From an uncultured Christensenella sp. (GTDB lineage Bacteria; Bacillota; Clostridia; Christensenellales; Borkfalkiaceae): a stretch of 64,000 nucleotides of DNA. Under the pieces are notes generated by a model. It did no database searches, was not told where the DNA came from, and saw only the letters and a list, made by a program, of their open reading frames with translations. The position numbers were made by a program, and so were the translations under genes. The DNA is taken from the NCBI GenBank assembly GCA_964386845.1, contig CAYLUH010000005.1, forward strand, positions 5,680 to 69,679, given 5' to 3'. Shown here piece after piece: positions 45,363 through 57,101 of this stretch. Positions within the stretch are counted from its first letter, which is position 1. Each line of letters opens with the position of its first letter.

Positions 45363-45710
45363 ATGAATAGTATAATCGAAGCAATCAATAAAGAAAGTTT
45401 AAAAGAAAACGTTCCTTCTTTTAACGTTGGCGATACCGTTAAAGTTATGGTTAAAGTTATCGAAGGTAACAGAGAAAGATTACAAGCATTCGAAGGTGTT
45501 GTAATCGCAAGAAGACACGGAGGAATTTCAGAAACGTTCACCGTTAGAAGAATGTCTTTCGGTATCGGCGTAGAAAAAACTTTCCCGATTCACTCGCCCA
45601 AGGTTGCAGACATCATCGTAACTCGTCGTGGTAAAGTAAGGAGAGCAAAACTTTATTACTTAAGAGCAAGAACAGGTAAGGCTGCAAAAGTAAAAGAGAT
45701 GGCTAGATAA
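45363..45710 (+). CDS. rplS: 50S ribosomal protein L19
   Basis: [47 protein letters not shown]. Confidence 0.96.
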   Translation: MNSIIEAINKESLKENVPSFNVGDTVKVMVKVIEGNRERLQAFEGVVIARRHGGISETFTVRRMSFGIGVEKTFPIHSPKVADIIVTRRGKVRRAKLYYLRARTGKAAKVKEMAR

Positions 45711-45726
45711 TTAAACTGACAAAGTT

Positions 45727-45767
45727 AAAGGACTTTTCCTAAAAAAGGATAAGTCCTTTATTTTTTT
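45727..45767 (+). terminator. intrinsic terminator after rplS
   Basis: Stem AAAGGACTT (45727-45735) / AAGTCCTTT (45751-45759), then TATTTTTTT (a single A at 45760 before the T7 run, 45761-45767). Confidence 0.85.
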
Positions 45768-45874
45768 GCGAAAAAGGTTTAATACATACTTTATTTTTTT
45801 TGTAAAATGGTATATAATGTATAAAGCAATAGTATCGGTATAATTTTGATATGCGTTTACTAGGGGGAAAAGCC

Positions 45875-47386
45875 ATGTTATCCAAGGTAAAAAGTTTTGC
45901 GCTTATCGGTTTAGAGGGCGTTTTGATAGACGTCGAGGTGGACGTAAATAACGGTATTCCGTCGTTCGAGATTGTCGGGCTTCCCGACACGGCGATAAAA
46001 GAATCTAAAGAGCGTGTTCGTTCTGCGCTTAAAAACAGTGGCAGAAGAATTCCCACAAAAAAGATAACGGTAAATCTTGCCCCGGCAGACGTCAAAAAAG
46101 AGGGCTCTTATTTAGATTTAGCGATAGCCGTCGGAATGCTTATATCTTCCGAACAACTTGTAATAGAAAATCCCAAAGCCGTAATATTAGGCGAACTTTC
46201 GCTCGACGGTAGCGTTAGAGGAGTAAACGGCGTTTTGCCGACGATAATTTCGGCGTTAAAACTCGGCATAGATACTTTCATTATTCCCAAGGTAAACGAG
46301 AAGGAAGCGTCTTACGTAGAGGGCGCAACGGTTTACGCCGTTAGCAGTTTGAAAGAGGTAATAGACCACTTGTCGGGATTAAAGCCGTTGCAAGCAGTTG
46401 CACACGAAAGGTACGTTGCTCGTCAAAGCGAAAACGTTTACGATAGCGACTTGTCTTTCGTTAAAGGGCAAAAGGTTGCAAAGCGTGCGCTGGAAGTTGC
46501 AGTTTCTGGTGGACACAATCTTTTGTTCGTAGGAGCACCGGGCACGGGAAAAACCATGCTTGCGAAATGTATCCCCACGATTATGCCCGATATGACTTTC
46601 GAAGAGGCACTTGAAACGACGAAAATTCATTCGGTCGCAGGTTTTATAAAAAGTAACGAAGGTATCGTATATGCACGCCCGTTCAGAAGTCCACACCACA
46701 CGGCAACGACAATATCGCTTACGGGTGGAGGCACAAGTTTGTCGCCGGGTGAAATAAGCCTTGCGCATAACGGCGTTTTGTTTTTGGACGAAATGCCCGA
46801 ATACAAGCGTTCCACTCTGGAAAGTTTGCGTCAGCCTTTGGAAGACGGCGTTATAACGATAGCAAGGGCGACGGGGCGAATTACTTATCCCGCCAATTTT
46901 ATTTTGTGTGGCAGTATGAATCCTTGCCCGTGTGGAAATTACGGCTCTGCAGACAAAGAATGTACTTGCACGCCGGCGCAAATCGTGAAATATAAAGCGA
47001 GAATATCGGGGCCGTTGTTAGACAGGATAGACTTGCAAGTCCACGTAGACGAAGTTAAGTACGCAGAACTCTCTAGCGACGAAAAATGCGAAACTTCTCT
47101 CGAAGTGAGAAAGCGTGTTAATAGAACGAGGCAAATTCAACTTGCAAGATTTAAGGGCGACAGCATAAAAACTAATGCGGATATGCGAGAAAAACACATA
47201 AAAAAATACTGTGCGTTGTCGGAATCTTGCGAAAAATTGTTAAAAAACGCATACGAAAGTTTGGGCTTGTCGCCAAGGGCTCGTAGCAGAATAATCAAAG
47301 TTGCCAGAACCATTGCCGATATGGAACTTTACGAAACCATTCAAGAAAAGCATATTTTAGAAGCCATAAGTTATAGGCAGGGTTAA
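45875..47386 (+). CDS. comM: YifB/ComM family Mg-chelatase-like AAA+ ATPase
   Basis: MLSKVKSFALIGLEGVLIDVEVDV.., GAPGTGKTM and GVLFLDEMPE. GGGGGAA SD lies before ATG 45875. The track's 45851 start adds 8 aa. Confidence 0.92.
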   Translation: MLSKVKSFALIGLEGVLIDVEVDVNNGIPSFEIVGLPDTAIKESKERVRSALKNSGRRIPTKKITVNLAPADVKKEGSYLDLAIAVGMLISSEQLVIENPKAVILGELSLDGSVRGVNGVLPTIISALKLGIDTFIIPKVNEKEASYVEGATVYAVSSLKEVIDHLSGLKPLQAVAHERYVARQSENVYDSDLSFVKGQKVAKRALEVAVSGGHNLLFVGAPGTGKTMLAKCIPTIMPDMTFEEALETTKIHSVAGFIKSNEGIVYARPFRSPHHTATTISLTGGGTSLSPGEISLAHNGVLFLDEMPEYKRSTLESLRQPLEDGVITIARATGRITYPANFILCGSMNPCPCGNYGSADKECTCTPAQIVKYKARISGPLLDRIDLQVHVDEVKYAELSSDEKCETSLEVRKRVNRTRQIQLARFKGDSIKTNADMREKHIKKYCALSESCEKLLKNAYESLGLSPRARSRIIKVARTIADMELYETIQEKHILEAISYRQG

Positions 47387-47387
47387 T

Positions 47388-48467
47388 ATGTTGTCGTTAA
47401 ATAAAAGCGCATTGATATATGCGTGGTTGCAAAGCCTAGGTGTTTTCGATTATAAAAAGACGCAGATTTTGCACGATTATTTCATAGATTGTTCGGGATA
47501 TAGAGAACAACTCGAAAAGGAAAAAGATTTTTTCGTAAAAGAAATCGGCGAAGAAAAGTACGGCGTTTTAATAAAAAGTGCAAACGGCGAATATCTTAAG
47601 GGTATAACGGCGTGCCTTGAAAAAAACGGCGTTTGCGTTATAGATAAAGACAGCGAGTATTATCCAAGCGAACTGTTCGAAATGGAAAATCCACCTCACG
47701 TTTTGTACGTTAAAGGCAATAAAGAGTTGTTAAACACACGGCTTTTCACGGTGGTGGGTAGCAGAAAAAGTTTAGCGTATTCCATATCGACGGCAAAAGA
47801 TTTAGTAAAAGAATTATCCAAAGAATTTACCGTTATAACGGGGCTTGCTCAAGGCGTCGAAAAGGCAATCGTGGAAACGCTGGCACAGTCTAACGAAAAA
47901 GGAATATGCGTGTTGCCAAGTGGCATAGAAAACGTTTATCCGTCGGCACACAAAAGTTTAGTAGAACTTTTTTGTAAAAACGGACTAGTCGTTTCAGAGT
48001 ATTACGTAAAAGAAACTTGCAGACCGTATTATTTTCCACGCAGAAATCAAATTTTGGCAAGGCTGGGCGAGGGCACGCTTGTCGTTAACGGCGACGAAAA
48101 GAGTGGTTGTATGCAAACGGCAGAAAGCGCAAAAGAGTTTAACAAGCAAGTGTTCGCATTGCCTTATTCGATAGGAATTCAAAGTGGCGAAGGCTGTAAT
48201 CGTTTGATAAAAGACGGTGCGCACTTGGTTACCAAAGTAGACGATATATTCGGATACTATAAAATAGAAAAAAAAGAAGAAAAAAAGGCAGAACTTACAA
48301 GCGAAGAAAAAACCGTAACGGCAGTACTTGAACAGCCAAAACATATAGAGCAAATAGCAAAAGAATTAGGAAAAGAAGTTTTTGAAATTTCGCCCGTAAT
48401 ATCCATGTTGGAGATAAAGGGCGTAATATTAAAAAGCGGAGTTAACGTTTATAGACTTGCAAAATAA
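47388..48467 (+). CDS. dprA: DNA processing protein DprA (Smf)
   Basis: VVGSRKSLAYS.., GLAQGVEKAIVETL, and a C-terminal winged-helix-like region. Confidence 0.88.
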   Translation: MLSLNKSALIYAWLQSLGVFDYKKTQILHDYFIDCSGYREQLEKEKDFFVKEIGEEKYGVLIKSANGEYLKGITACLEKNGVCVIDKDSEYYPSELFEMENPPHVLYVKGNKELLNTRLFTVVGSRKSLAYSISTAKDLVKELSKEFTVITGLAQGVEKAIVETLAQSNEKGICVLPSGIENVYPSAHKSLVELFCKNGLVVSEYYVKETCRPYYFPRRNQILARLGEGTLVVNGDEKSGCMQTAESAKEFNKQVFALPYSIGIQSGEGCNRLIKDGAHLVTKVDDIFGYYKIEKKEEKKAELTSEEKTVTAVLEQPKHIEQIAKELGKEVFEISPVISMLEIKGVILKSGVNVYRLAK

Positions 48468-48479
48468 AAGGAGAAGCAA

Positions 48480-50639
48480 ATGCAACTTATAATAGTGGAG
48501 TCGCCTCACAAGGCAAAGACAATAGAAAAATTTCTTAAAGGCAGTTATAAAGTAGACGCATCGAAGGGACATGTAAGAGATTTACCCACAAATTATATGG
48601 GAATAAACATAAACAAAAATTTCGAGCCGTATTACGTTGTGTCGCCCGAAAGAAAGGCAGACATAAAAAGGCTTATGGACGAGTCTAAAAAAGCCGACAA
48701 AGTTTATCTTGCAACCGACCCGGATAGAGAGGGTGAAGCGATAAGTTGGCACTTGGCAGAAGTTTTGGGATTAAAGCCTGAACAGGTAAACAGAATAGAG
48801 TTTAACGAAATCAGCGAAAAGGCTGTAAAAAGGGCGCTTGAAAATCCAAGGAAGATAGACAAAAATTTGGTAGACGCACAGCAAGCCCGTAGGGTGCTTG
48901 ACAGGATAGTCGGTTACAGTTTGTCGCCGGTGGCAAGTTTAAGGCTTAACGAAAATCTTTCTGCGGGGCGTGTTCAATCGGTTGCGCTCAAAATGGTCGT
49001 TGACAGAGAAAGAGAAATTTCCGCTTTCGTTCCCGTCGAGTACTGGAACTTAAAAGCCGACCTTAAAAAGCTAGATGAAAGTGGCGAACTTCGAGTATTG
49101 CTTGTAGAAAAGGCAGGAAAAAAATATAAGCCTTCTAACAAAGAAGAGGCAGAAAGCGTAGAGGCAGAATTAAGGCAAGCAGACTTTTTCGTTAAGAGCG
49201 TAAAGCGTAACGTAATAAAGTCGCACGCACCTGCGCCGTATATAACGTCTACTTTGCAACAAGACGGCTCTATAAGATTAAACATTTCTGCGCCACAAGT
49301 AATGCAAATAGCACAAAGGCTTTACGAAGGCGTCGACACGGCAAACGGCAACGTGGCGTTAATCACATATATGAGAACCGATTCGGTTAGAATTTCCACC
49401 GAGGCGCAAAACTCGGCAAGAGAATATATTAAACAAAATTACGGCGAACAATTCGTGCCGACAAAACCCAACGTGTACAAAAGCAAATCCAACGCTCAAG
49501 ACGCACACGAGGCAATTCGTCCGATAGACGTTTCAAAAACGCCTGAAAGCGTAAAGGGAATATTAGATGCAAATCAATATAAACTTTACAAACTTATTTA
49601 CGAACGCTTTATCGCATCGCAAATGTCGGAAGCCGTTTACGACGGTGTAAGCGTAGATATCGGCGCAAACGATTACGTGTTTAAGACGAGTGGTAAAACG
49701 CTAACGTTCAAGGGCTACACGGCAGTTTACGACGATACGAAAAAGGAAGAAGACGAAGAAAGCGGAAACGCAATGCTTCCTCCTCTTACAGACGGCGAAA
49801 AGTTAAATTTAATCGACTTGAAAAAGGAACAAAAATTCACCAAGCCACCCGTCAGATATACGGAAGCCAGCCTCATCAAGAGTATGGAAGATAAGGGCAT
49901 CGGCAGGCCGTCTACTTATGCAACGATTATGGCGAAACTTTCCGACAAAAAGCGTGAATACGTAAGGAAAGAGAAAAAATATTTAGTACCTAACGAAATA
50001 AGTTACACGCTTATAGACTTTTTGGTAAAATATTTCCCCAACATAATGGACATCACGTTCACGGCGAGAATGGAAACGGCGTTAGACGACATTGGCGAGG
50101 GCGAAAGAGACTGGAAAAAACTGATAGCAGATTTTTACGCACCCTTCGAAAAGCAGTTGTCGCAATCGAAAATAACTGAAAAGCGTTGTGAAAAATGTGG
50201 AAGCCCGATGATTATCAATAACGGCAGATACGGTGCGTATTACGCTTGTTCCAATTACCCGAATTGTCAAAACATAAAGCCCGTCAACGAAAAGACGGTT
50301 ATACCCACCGACAGAATTTGCGAAAAATGTGGTGGCATAATGGTGGAGAGAGAGGGTAAATTCGGTAAATTTTTGGCTTGCTCAAATTATCCGAAATGTA
50401 AAAATACAATAAGTTTTACAGAAAACGCAGGCACTTGCCCGATATGTGGAAAGCCGACGAAAAAGATGATGAGTAAGGGTGGCAAAGTATTTTACGGTTG
50501 CTCCGATTATCCTAACTGTAAATTTATGAGTTGGGATTTACCCACGGGCGAAAAATGCCCCGAATGTAAAACGGGTTATTTAGTTAACGTTGACGGCAAA
50601 ATAGTTTGCTCCAATAAAAAGTGTAAATATACAAAATGA
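48480..50639 (+). CDS. topA: DNA topoisomerase I
   Basis: Toprim region LIIVESPHKAKTIEKFL, the YMRTDS active-site Tyr region, and four C-terminal CxxC..CxxC zinc ribbons. Confidence 0.95.
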   Translation: MQLIIVESPHKAKTIEKFLKGSYKVDASKGHVRDLPTNYMGININKNFEPYYVVSPERKADIKRLMDESKKADKVYLATDPDREGEAISWHLAEVLGLKPEQVNRIEFNEISEKAVKRALENPRKIDKNLVDAQQARRVLDRIVGYSLSPVASLRLNENLSAGRVQSVALKMVVDREREISAFVPVEYWNLKADLKKLDESGELRVLLVEKAGKKYKPSNKEEAESVEAELRQADFFVKSVKRNVIKSHAPAPYITSTLQQDGSIRLNISAPQVMQIAQRLYEGVDTANGNVALITYMRTDSVRISTEAQNSAREYIKQNYGEQFVPTKPNVYKSKSNAQDAHEAIRPIDVSKTPESVKGILDANQYKLYKLIYERFIASQMSEAVYDGVSVDIGANDYVFKTSGKTLTFKGYTAVYDDTKKEEDEESGNAMLPPLTDGEKLNLIDLKKEQKFTKPPVRYTEASLIKSMEDKGIGRPSTYATIMAKLSDKKREYVRKEKKYLVPNEISYTLIDFLVKYFPNIMDITFTARMETALDDIGEGERDWKKLIADFYAPFEKQLSQSKITEKRCEKCGSPMIINNGRYGAYYACSNYPNCQNIKPVNEKTVIPTDRICEKCGGIMVEREGKFGKFLACSNYPKCKNTISFTENAGTCPICGKPTKKMMSKGGKVFYGCSDYPNCKFMSWDLPTGEKCPECKTGYLVNVDGKIVCSNKKCKYTK

Positions 50640-51952
50640 AAAAAGTAAAAGTAATAGGCGCAGGTTTAGCAGGCGTAGAAGCAAGTTTATATTTGGCAAA
50701 TCACGGAATAAGCGTTACTTTGTACGATATAAAGCCGGGTAAAAAAACGCCTGCCCACCATAGCCATAATTTTGCAGAACTGGTATGTTCCAACTCGTTA
50801 AAATCAAACGACGTGTACGGTAACGCATCAGGGCTTATGAAAGAGGAGTTGCGTCTTTTAGGCTCAACGGTCATTGCTGTTGCAGACAAGGTAAAAGTGC
50901 CGGCAGGCAACGCACTTGCCGTCAATAGAGAGGAGTTTTCCGAGATTTTAACCAAAATGGTTTTGGAAAACGAGAACGTAACTTTCGTGTCGGAAGAAGT
51001 AACCGATATAGATTTAGACGAGTACACGATAATAGCCACCGGCCCTTTAACGACGGGTGCGCTTTACGATAGTATAGAAAAACTCGTTGACGAAAAGTTG
51101 TCTTTTTTCGATGCGTCGGCTCCGATAATAAGTGCAGACAGCATAGATATGGAAAGTGCTTTCGTCGGGGATAGATACGGTAAGGGCGACGGAGACCATA
51201 TAAACTGTCCGCTAAATAAGGACGAATACGAAAGTTTTATTAACGAACTTTTAAGTGCAGAAAGGGCAAATCTTCACGAATTCGAAAAGAAAGAAGTTTT
51301 CGAAGGCTGTATGCCGATAGAGGTTATGGCGAGTCGAGGCAAGGATACGTTGAGGTTCGGGCCGTTAAAACCGACGGGGCTAGACGACCCCAAAACGGGC
51401 AGATGGCCGTATGCGTGTTTGCAATTAAGACGGGAAGATAAAGACGGCACGATGTACAATATGGTGGGATTTCAAACCAATCTTACCTTTAAAGAGCAGA
51501 AAAGGGTGTTCGGCATAATACCTGCATTAAAGGACGCAGAGTATTTAAGATACGGCGTAATGCATAGAAACACTTTTATCAATTCCACGAAAGTTTTAAG
51601 AGAAAATTATTCGTTGAAAAAAAATAGTAAAACCTTTTTCGCAGGGCAAATAACGGGCGTAGAGGGTTACGTCGAAAGTATAGGCACGGGGCTTATATGT
51701 GCTATATATTTAGAGAGAGAACTTAACGGCAAGTCGGAAATTTTAATCGGAGAAGACACGGTACTAGGCTCGCTCGCAAGGTATATAACGACGGAGAATA
51801 AAGATTTTGAACCGATGAACGCAAACTTTGGAATTTTGCCACCGTTAGAAAGCAGGGTAAGAGATAAGTCGGAAAGAAAAAGGCTTATGGCAGAAAGAAG
51901 TTTGGCAAGTATAGAGAAGTATATAAAGGAGATAAATGATGGCAGAATTTAG
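50636..51952 (+). CDS. trmFO: methylenetetrahydrofolate--tRNA-(uracil54-C5)-methyltransferase TrmFO
   Basis: [14 protein letters not shown].., ELVCSNSLK and [12 protein letters not shown]. Confidence 0.93.
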   Translation: MKKVKVIGAGLAGVEASLYLANHGISVTLYDIKPGKKTPAHHSHNFAELVCSNSLKSNDVYGNASGLMKEELRLLGSTVIAVADKVKVPAGNALAVNREEFSEILTKMVLENENVTFVSEEVTDIDLDEYTIIATGPLTTGALYDSIEKLVDEKLSFFDASAPIISADSIDMESAFVGDRYGKGDGDHINCPLNKDEYESFINELLSAERANLHEFEKKEVFEGCMPIEVMASRGKDTLRFGPLKPTGLDDPKTGRWPYACLQLRREDKDGTMYNMVGFQTNLTFKEQKRVFGIIPALKDAEYLRYGVMHRNTFINSTKVLRENYSLKKNSKTFFAGQITGVEGYVESIGTGLICAIYLERELNGKSEILIGEDTVLGSLARYITTENKDFEPMNANFGILPPLESRVRDKSERKRLMAERSLASIEKYIKEINDGRI

Positions 51953-52478
51953 AGGAACGACCATATGCGCAGTAAGGCGCAACGGACAAACGGCAATAGC
52001 AGGCGACGGACAAGTAACGTTGTCGGAATCGGTAATATTCAAAAGCAACGCCGTTAAGGTAAGAAGAATTTACGACGGTAGCGTAATATTAGGTTTTGCG
52101 GGCTCCGTTTCGGACGCATTTTCGCTTACCGAAAGATTCGAGGAAATGCTTAACAAATATTCCGGAAATTTAATGCGTAGCGCAGTAGAACTTGCAGACC
52201 TTTGGAGAACGGACAAAATGGGCAGAAAACTTGAAGCGATGATGATAGTCGCAAATAAAGACACAATGCTCATACTTTCAGGCTCGGGCGAAGTAATAGA
52301 ACCCGACGACGGCATTTGCGCAATCGGTAGTGGTGGAAATTATGCACTGTCGGCGGCAAGAGCGCTTGCACAAGAAACAAACTTATCGGCAGAAGCAATT
52401 GCCAAGAAGTCGCTTTTAATAGCAAGTGAAATATGCGTTTACACCAACGGACATATAACCGTTGAAAAGATAGATTAG
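51936..52478 (+). CDS. hslV: ATP-dependent protease subunit HslV (ClpQ)
   Basis: [28 protein letters not shown] is a Bacillus-type short propeptide ahead of the Thr nucleophile. GSGG motif present. Confidence 0.93.
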   Translation: MMAEFRGTTICAVRRNGQTAIAGDGQVTLSESVIFKSNAVKVRRIYDGSVILGFAGSVSDAFSLTERFEEMLNKYSGNLMRSAVELADLWRTDKMGRKLEAMMIVANKDTMLILSGSGEVIEPDDGICAIGSGGNYALSAARALAQETNLSAEAIAKKSLLIASEICVYTNGHITVEKID

Positions 52479-52493
52479 TACGGGGAGGGCAAA

Positions 52494-53798
<1,305 letters not shown>

Positions 53799-53819
53799 TC
53801 TTACTTGTAGGAGACTTTT

Positions 53820-55070
53820 ATGATAAACGTTCCAAAGGGTACGAAAGATATTCTGCCCGAAGAAAGTTATAAATGGCAATATATAGAAAACACGGCGAGA
53901 GAGGTTGCAAAAGCCTTTGGCGTAAAGGAAATAAAAACGCCCACTTTCGAGCATACGGAAGTTTTTGAAAGAGGCGTCGGCGACACGACGGATATAGTAA
54001 ACAAAGAGATGTACACCTTTTTGGACAAGGGTGGAAGAAGCATAACGTTAAAGCCGGAGGGAACGGCAGGCGTTGCGAGAGCCTTTATCGAAAACGGTTT
54101 AAGCAACAGTGCGTTACCCGTAAAACTTTATTATATAACGAGTTGCTTTAGGTACGAAAGGCCACAGGCCGGAAGACTAAGAGAATTCCACCAATTCGGC
54201 GTTGAGATGTTAGGCGCAGAAACGCCTTACGCAGATGCTGAAATCATTTTAATGGCGAAAACTTTTTTCGACAAATTAAACATTACCAACCTCACCCTTT
54301 ACTTAAACAGCATAGGCTGTAAAGAATGTAGAAAGGCTTATCAAGACGCTTTGAAAGAGTATTACAGAGCAAACGAAGAAAAACTTTGTCCTTTGTGTAA
54401 GGAGAGGTTAGAAAAAAATCCGATGCGTATTCTCGACTGTAAGAACGAGGATTGTAGAGCGCTAAACGACAATGCTCCGAAAATTTTAGATTATCTTTGC
54501 GAAGATTGTTCAAATCATTTTGAAAAGGTCAAAGAACTTTTATCGAGCGTCGGCGTAGAATACAAAATCAATCCCGAAATAGTAAGAGGGTTAGATTATT
54601 ATTCCAAAACGGTTTTCGAATTCGTAAGTGAAAATATTGGTGCTCAAGGAACCGTTTGCGGTGGTGGTAGATACGATAATCTTATAGGGCAGTTAGGAGG
54701 AACTAACACTCCCGGCATAGGCTTTGCGCTCGGAATAGAAAGGCTACTTTTGCTTATGGAAAATATCGGCGCATATACGGGCGATAAGCAAAAGCCGTTG
54801 CTATATTTAGCACCGATGGGCGACAAGGCTTACGACAAGGCGTTTGCCATCGTAAATCAGTTAAGGTTAAAAGGCGTAATTGCGCAAATGGATTTAAAAA
54901 ATCGTGGCATAAAGGCGCAATTTAAGTACGCAGACAAGATAGGCGCAAAATTCGTCGGAGTTATCGGCGAAACGGAACTTAATAGCAACGCCGTTAAAAT
55001 AAAAGAAATGCAAACCGGCGTTGAACAAATGGTCGATTTTAACGAAGTATATTCATATATAAGCAAATGA
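53820..55070 (+). CDS. hisS: histidine--tRNA ligase
   Basis: PKGTKDILPEES.., FRYERPQAGRLREFHQ and GGGRYD. Confidence 0.95.
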   Translation: MINVPKGTKDILPEESYKWQYIENTAREVAKAFGVKEIKTPTFEHTEVFERGVGDTTDIVNKEMYTFLDKGGRSITLKPEGTAGVARAFIENGLSNSALPVKLYYITSCFRYERPQAGRLREFHQFGVEMLGAETPYADAEIILMAKTFFDKLNITNLTLYLNSIGCKECRKAYQDALKEYYRANEEKLCPLCKERLEKNPMRILDCKNEDCRALNDNAPKILDYLCEDCSNHFEKVKELLSSVGVEYKINPEIVRGLDYYSKTVFEFVSENIGAQGTVCGGGRYDNLIGQLGGTNTPGIGFALGIERLLLLMENIGAYTGDKQKPLLYLAPMGDKAYDKAFAIVNQLRLKGVIAQMDLKNRGIKAQFKYADKIGAKFVGVIGETELNSNAVKIKEMQTGVEQMVDFNEVYSYISK

Positions 55071-55507
55071 CGGAAATCGGAGAAGTTGTAAAAATTTACG
55101 GCGACAGTGCAGACGTCGCCGTATCGAAAAAAGACGAATGTAGCAAGTGTGGACTTTGCGCATTTCCCAAGGGCGCAGAAAAAACCATTATCAGCGCCAC
55201 CAACGAGATAGGTGCAAAAGTAGGCGACGTCGTTACGATAAAAGCGCAAAAAGATTTAAGGCTTACAAGTATGATGCTTGTGTTTTTAGTACCTTTAATG
55301 CTGATAGGCCTTGCCACGCTTATCGATTATCTGTTTATAGGCGTAGAAATTTGGATACTCTTTTTAAGCGTAATTTTCATTGTTTTGTGGTATACTATTT
55401 TAGCGATTATAGATAAAAAAGTTTTTAGAAATAAAAATTACTGTCACGTAATCGTAAGTATAGATACGGAGAAAAATAATGAAAACGATACGGGAGATAA
55501 TGAGTGA
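55067..55507 (+). CDS. RseC/MucC family (SoxR-reducing-system type) membrane protein
   Basis: N-terminal beta domain with the Cys motif (GEVVKIYGDSADVAVSKKDECSKCGLCAF) followed by two TM helices, the typical PF04246 architecture. Its start overlaps the hisS stop (ATGA). Confidence 0.75.
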   Translation: MTEIGEVVKIYGDSADVAVSKKDECSKCGLCAFPKGAEKTIISATNEIGAKVGDVVTIKAQKDLRLTSMMLVFLVPLMLIGLATLIDYLFIGVEIWILFLSVIFIVLWYTILAIIDKKVFRNKNYCHVIVSIDTEKNNENDTGDNE

Positions 55508-55802
55508 GCAAGAATTTATCGACGTTTTGCAAGAAAAAAGGTTAGTCGTCGTGGAGTTTTTCGCAGACTGGTGCAAAGTGTGTAAAATGCAAAATCCCAT
55601 ACTTAAAGATTTTCATTTGGACACTGCAGAGCGTGTGGAAATAATCAGCGTGGACGTTGATTTACTTCCCGAAATAGCAGATAATTTCAGCATATATACA
55701 ATACCGTCGACGGCACTTTTCGTAAACGGAAAACTCGTCGAAAAAAAGAGTGGACTTAATTCGAAAGGTAGTCTTGCCGAGATGGTTATAAAATACGTAT
55801 AA
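55479..55802 (+). CDS. thioredoxin-family protein with atypical WCKVC active site
   Basis: VVVEFFADWCKVCKMQNPIL.., TIPSTALFVNGK (cis-Pro loop). 107 aa. GGAG lies 9 nt upstream of the ATG. Confidence 0.85.
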   Translation: MKTIREIMSEQEFIDVLQEKRLVVVEFFADWCKVCKMQNPILKDFHLDTAERVEIISVDVDLLPEIADNFSIYTIPSTALFVNGKLVEKKSGLNSKGSLAEMVIKYV

Positions 55803-55837
55803 AATAAAAAAATATAAAAAACTTTAGGAGAAAAACA

Positions 55838-57088
55838 ATGATTGACTTAAGCACTTTGAAACAACAAGACCCCGAACTTTATGCGAGTCTTGAACAAGAA
55901 CTTTCAAGACAAAGGAACAATATCGAACTTATCGCAAGCGAAAATTTTGTTTCCGAAAGCGTAATGCTTGCAGTAGGAAGCCACTTAACGAACAAATATG
56001 CAGAGGGCTATCCCGCACACAGATATTACGGTGGTTGTCAATACGTTGATATTGCAGAAACGCTTGCAATAGAAAGAGCAAAAAAATTATTCGGTGCAGA
56101 CCACGTAAACGTTCAGCCGCACAGTGGTGCAAACGCAAACTTTGCCGTTTATTTTGCAGTGCTTCAACCGGGCGACACCATTATGGGTATGAGCCTTGCA
56201 CACGGTGGACATTTAACGCACGGAAGTTCCGTCACCGTTTCGGGTAAATATTTCCATTCAGTAGGTTACGGCGTTAGCGAACAAACGGGAATGATAGATT
56301 ACGACGATTTAGAGGCAAAAGTATTAGAAGTAAAACCAAAGATTTTCGTATGTGGCGCAAGCGCATATCCCAGAGTCTTCGATTTTAAGCGTATCCGTGA
56401 GATATGCGACAAAGTCGGCGCATATATGATGGTAGATATCGCTCACATCGCCGGACTAGTTGCTTGTGGACTTCACCCAAGCCCCGTTCCTTACGCAGAC
56501 TTTGTTACGACGACGACGCACAAGACGTTGAGAGGCCCTCGTGGCGGTATGATTATGTGTAAAGAACAATATGCAAAAATCATCGACAAAGCCGTTTTCC
56601 CCGGAACGCAAGGTGGCCCCTTAATGCACGTTATCGCAGGAAAAGCGGCAGCTTTCGGAGAGGCTTTAAAGCCGGAGTTCAAGGCATATCAAGAACAAAT
56701 TTTGAAAAATGCAAAAGCAATGAGCGAAAAATTCTTGTCGCTCGGCGTAAATCTTGTTTCGGGTGGAACGGACAACCACTTAATGCTTCTCGATTTATCC
56801 GACAAAGACATTACGGGTAAAGAATTAGAAACGATGTTAGACGAAGTTAACATCACGGTAAACAAAAACGCAATTCCATTCGACAAGCAAAAGCCGTCTA
56901 TTACGAGTGGCGTAAGAATAGGAACGCCGTCAATCACAAGCCGTGGTTTTAACGAAGAAGATTGCGAAAAGGTTGCAGAACTTATCGCTAAGGTTATCAA
57001 CGAAAAGGAAGCGTGCTTCGATTACGTAAGAGCAGAAGTTAAAAAACTCATCGAAAAGCACCCCTTATATCAGGGTACGATTGTTTAA
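55838..57088 (+). CDS. glyA: serine hydroxymethyltransferase
   Basis: [24 protein letters not shown] and [14 protein letters not shown]. Confidence 0.96.
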   Translation: MIDLSTLKQQDPELYASLEQELSRQRNNIELIASENFVSESVMLAVGSHLTNKYAEGYPAHRYYGGCQYVDIAETLAIERAKKLFGADHVNVQPHSGANANFAVYFAVLQPGDTIMGMSLAHGGHLTHGSSVTVSGKYFHSVGYGVSEQTGMIDYDDLEAKVLEVKPKIFVCGASAYPRVFDFKRIREICDKVGAYMMVDIAHIAGLVACGLHPSPVPYADFVTTTTHKTLRGPRGGMIMCKEQYAKIIDKAVFPGTQGGPLMHVIAGKAAAFGEALKPEFKAYQEQILKNAKAMSEKFLSLGVNLVSGGTDNHLMLLDLSDKDITGKELETMLDEVNITVNKNAIPFDKQKPSITSGVRIGTPSITSRGFNEEDCEKVAELIAKVINEKEACFDYVRAEVKKLIEKHPLYQGTIV

Positions 57089-57101
57089 TAAAGAAAGACG
57101 T

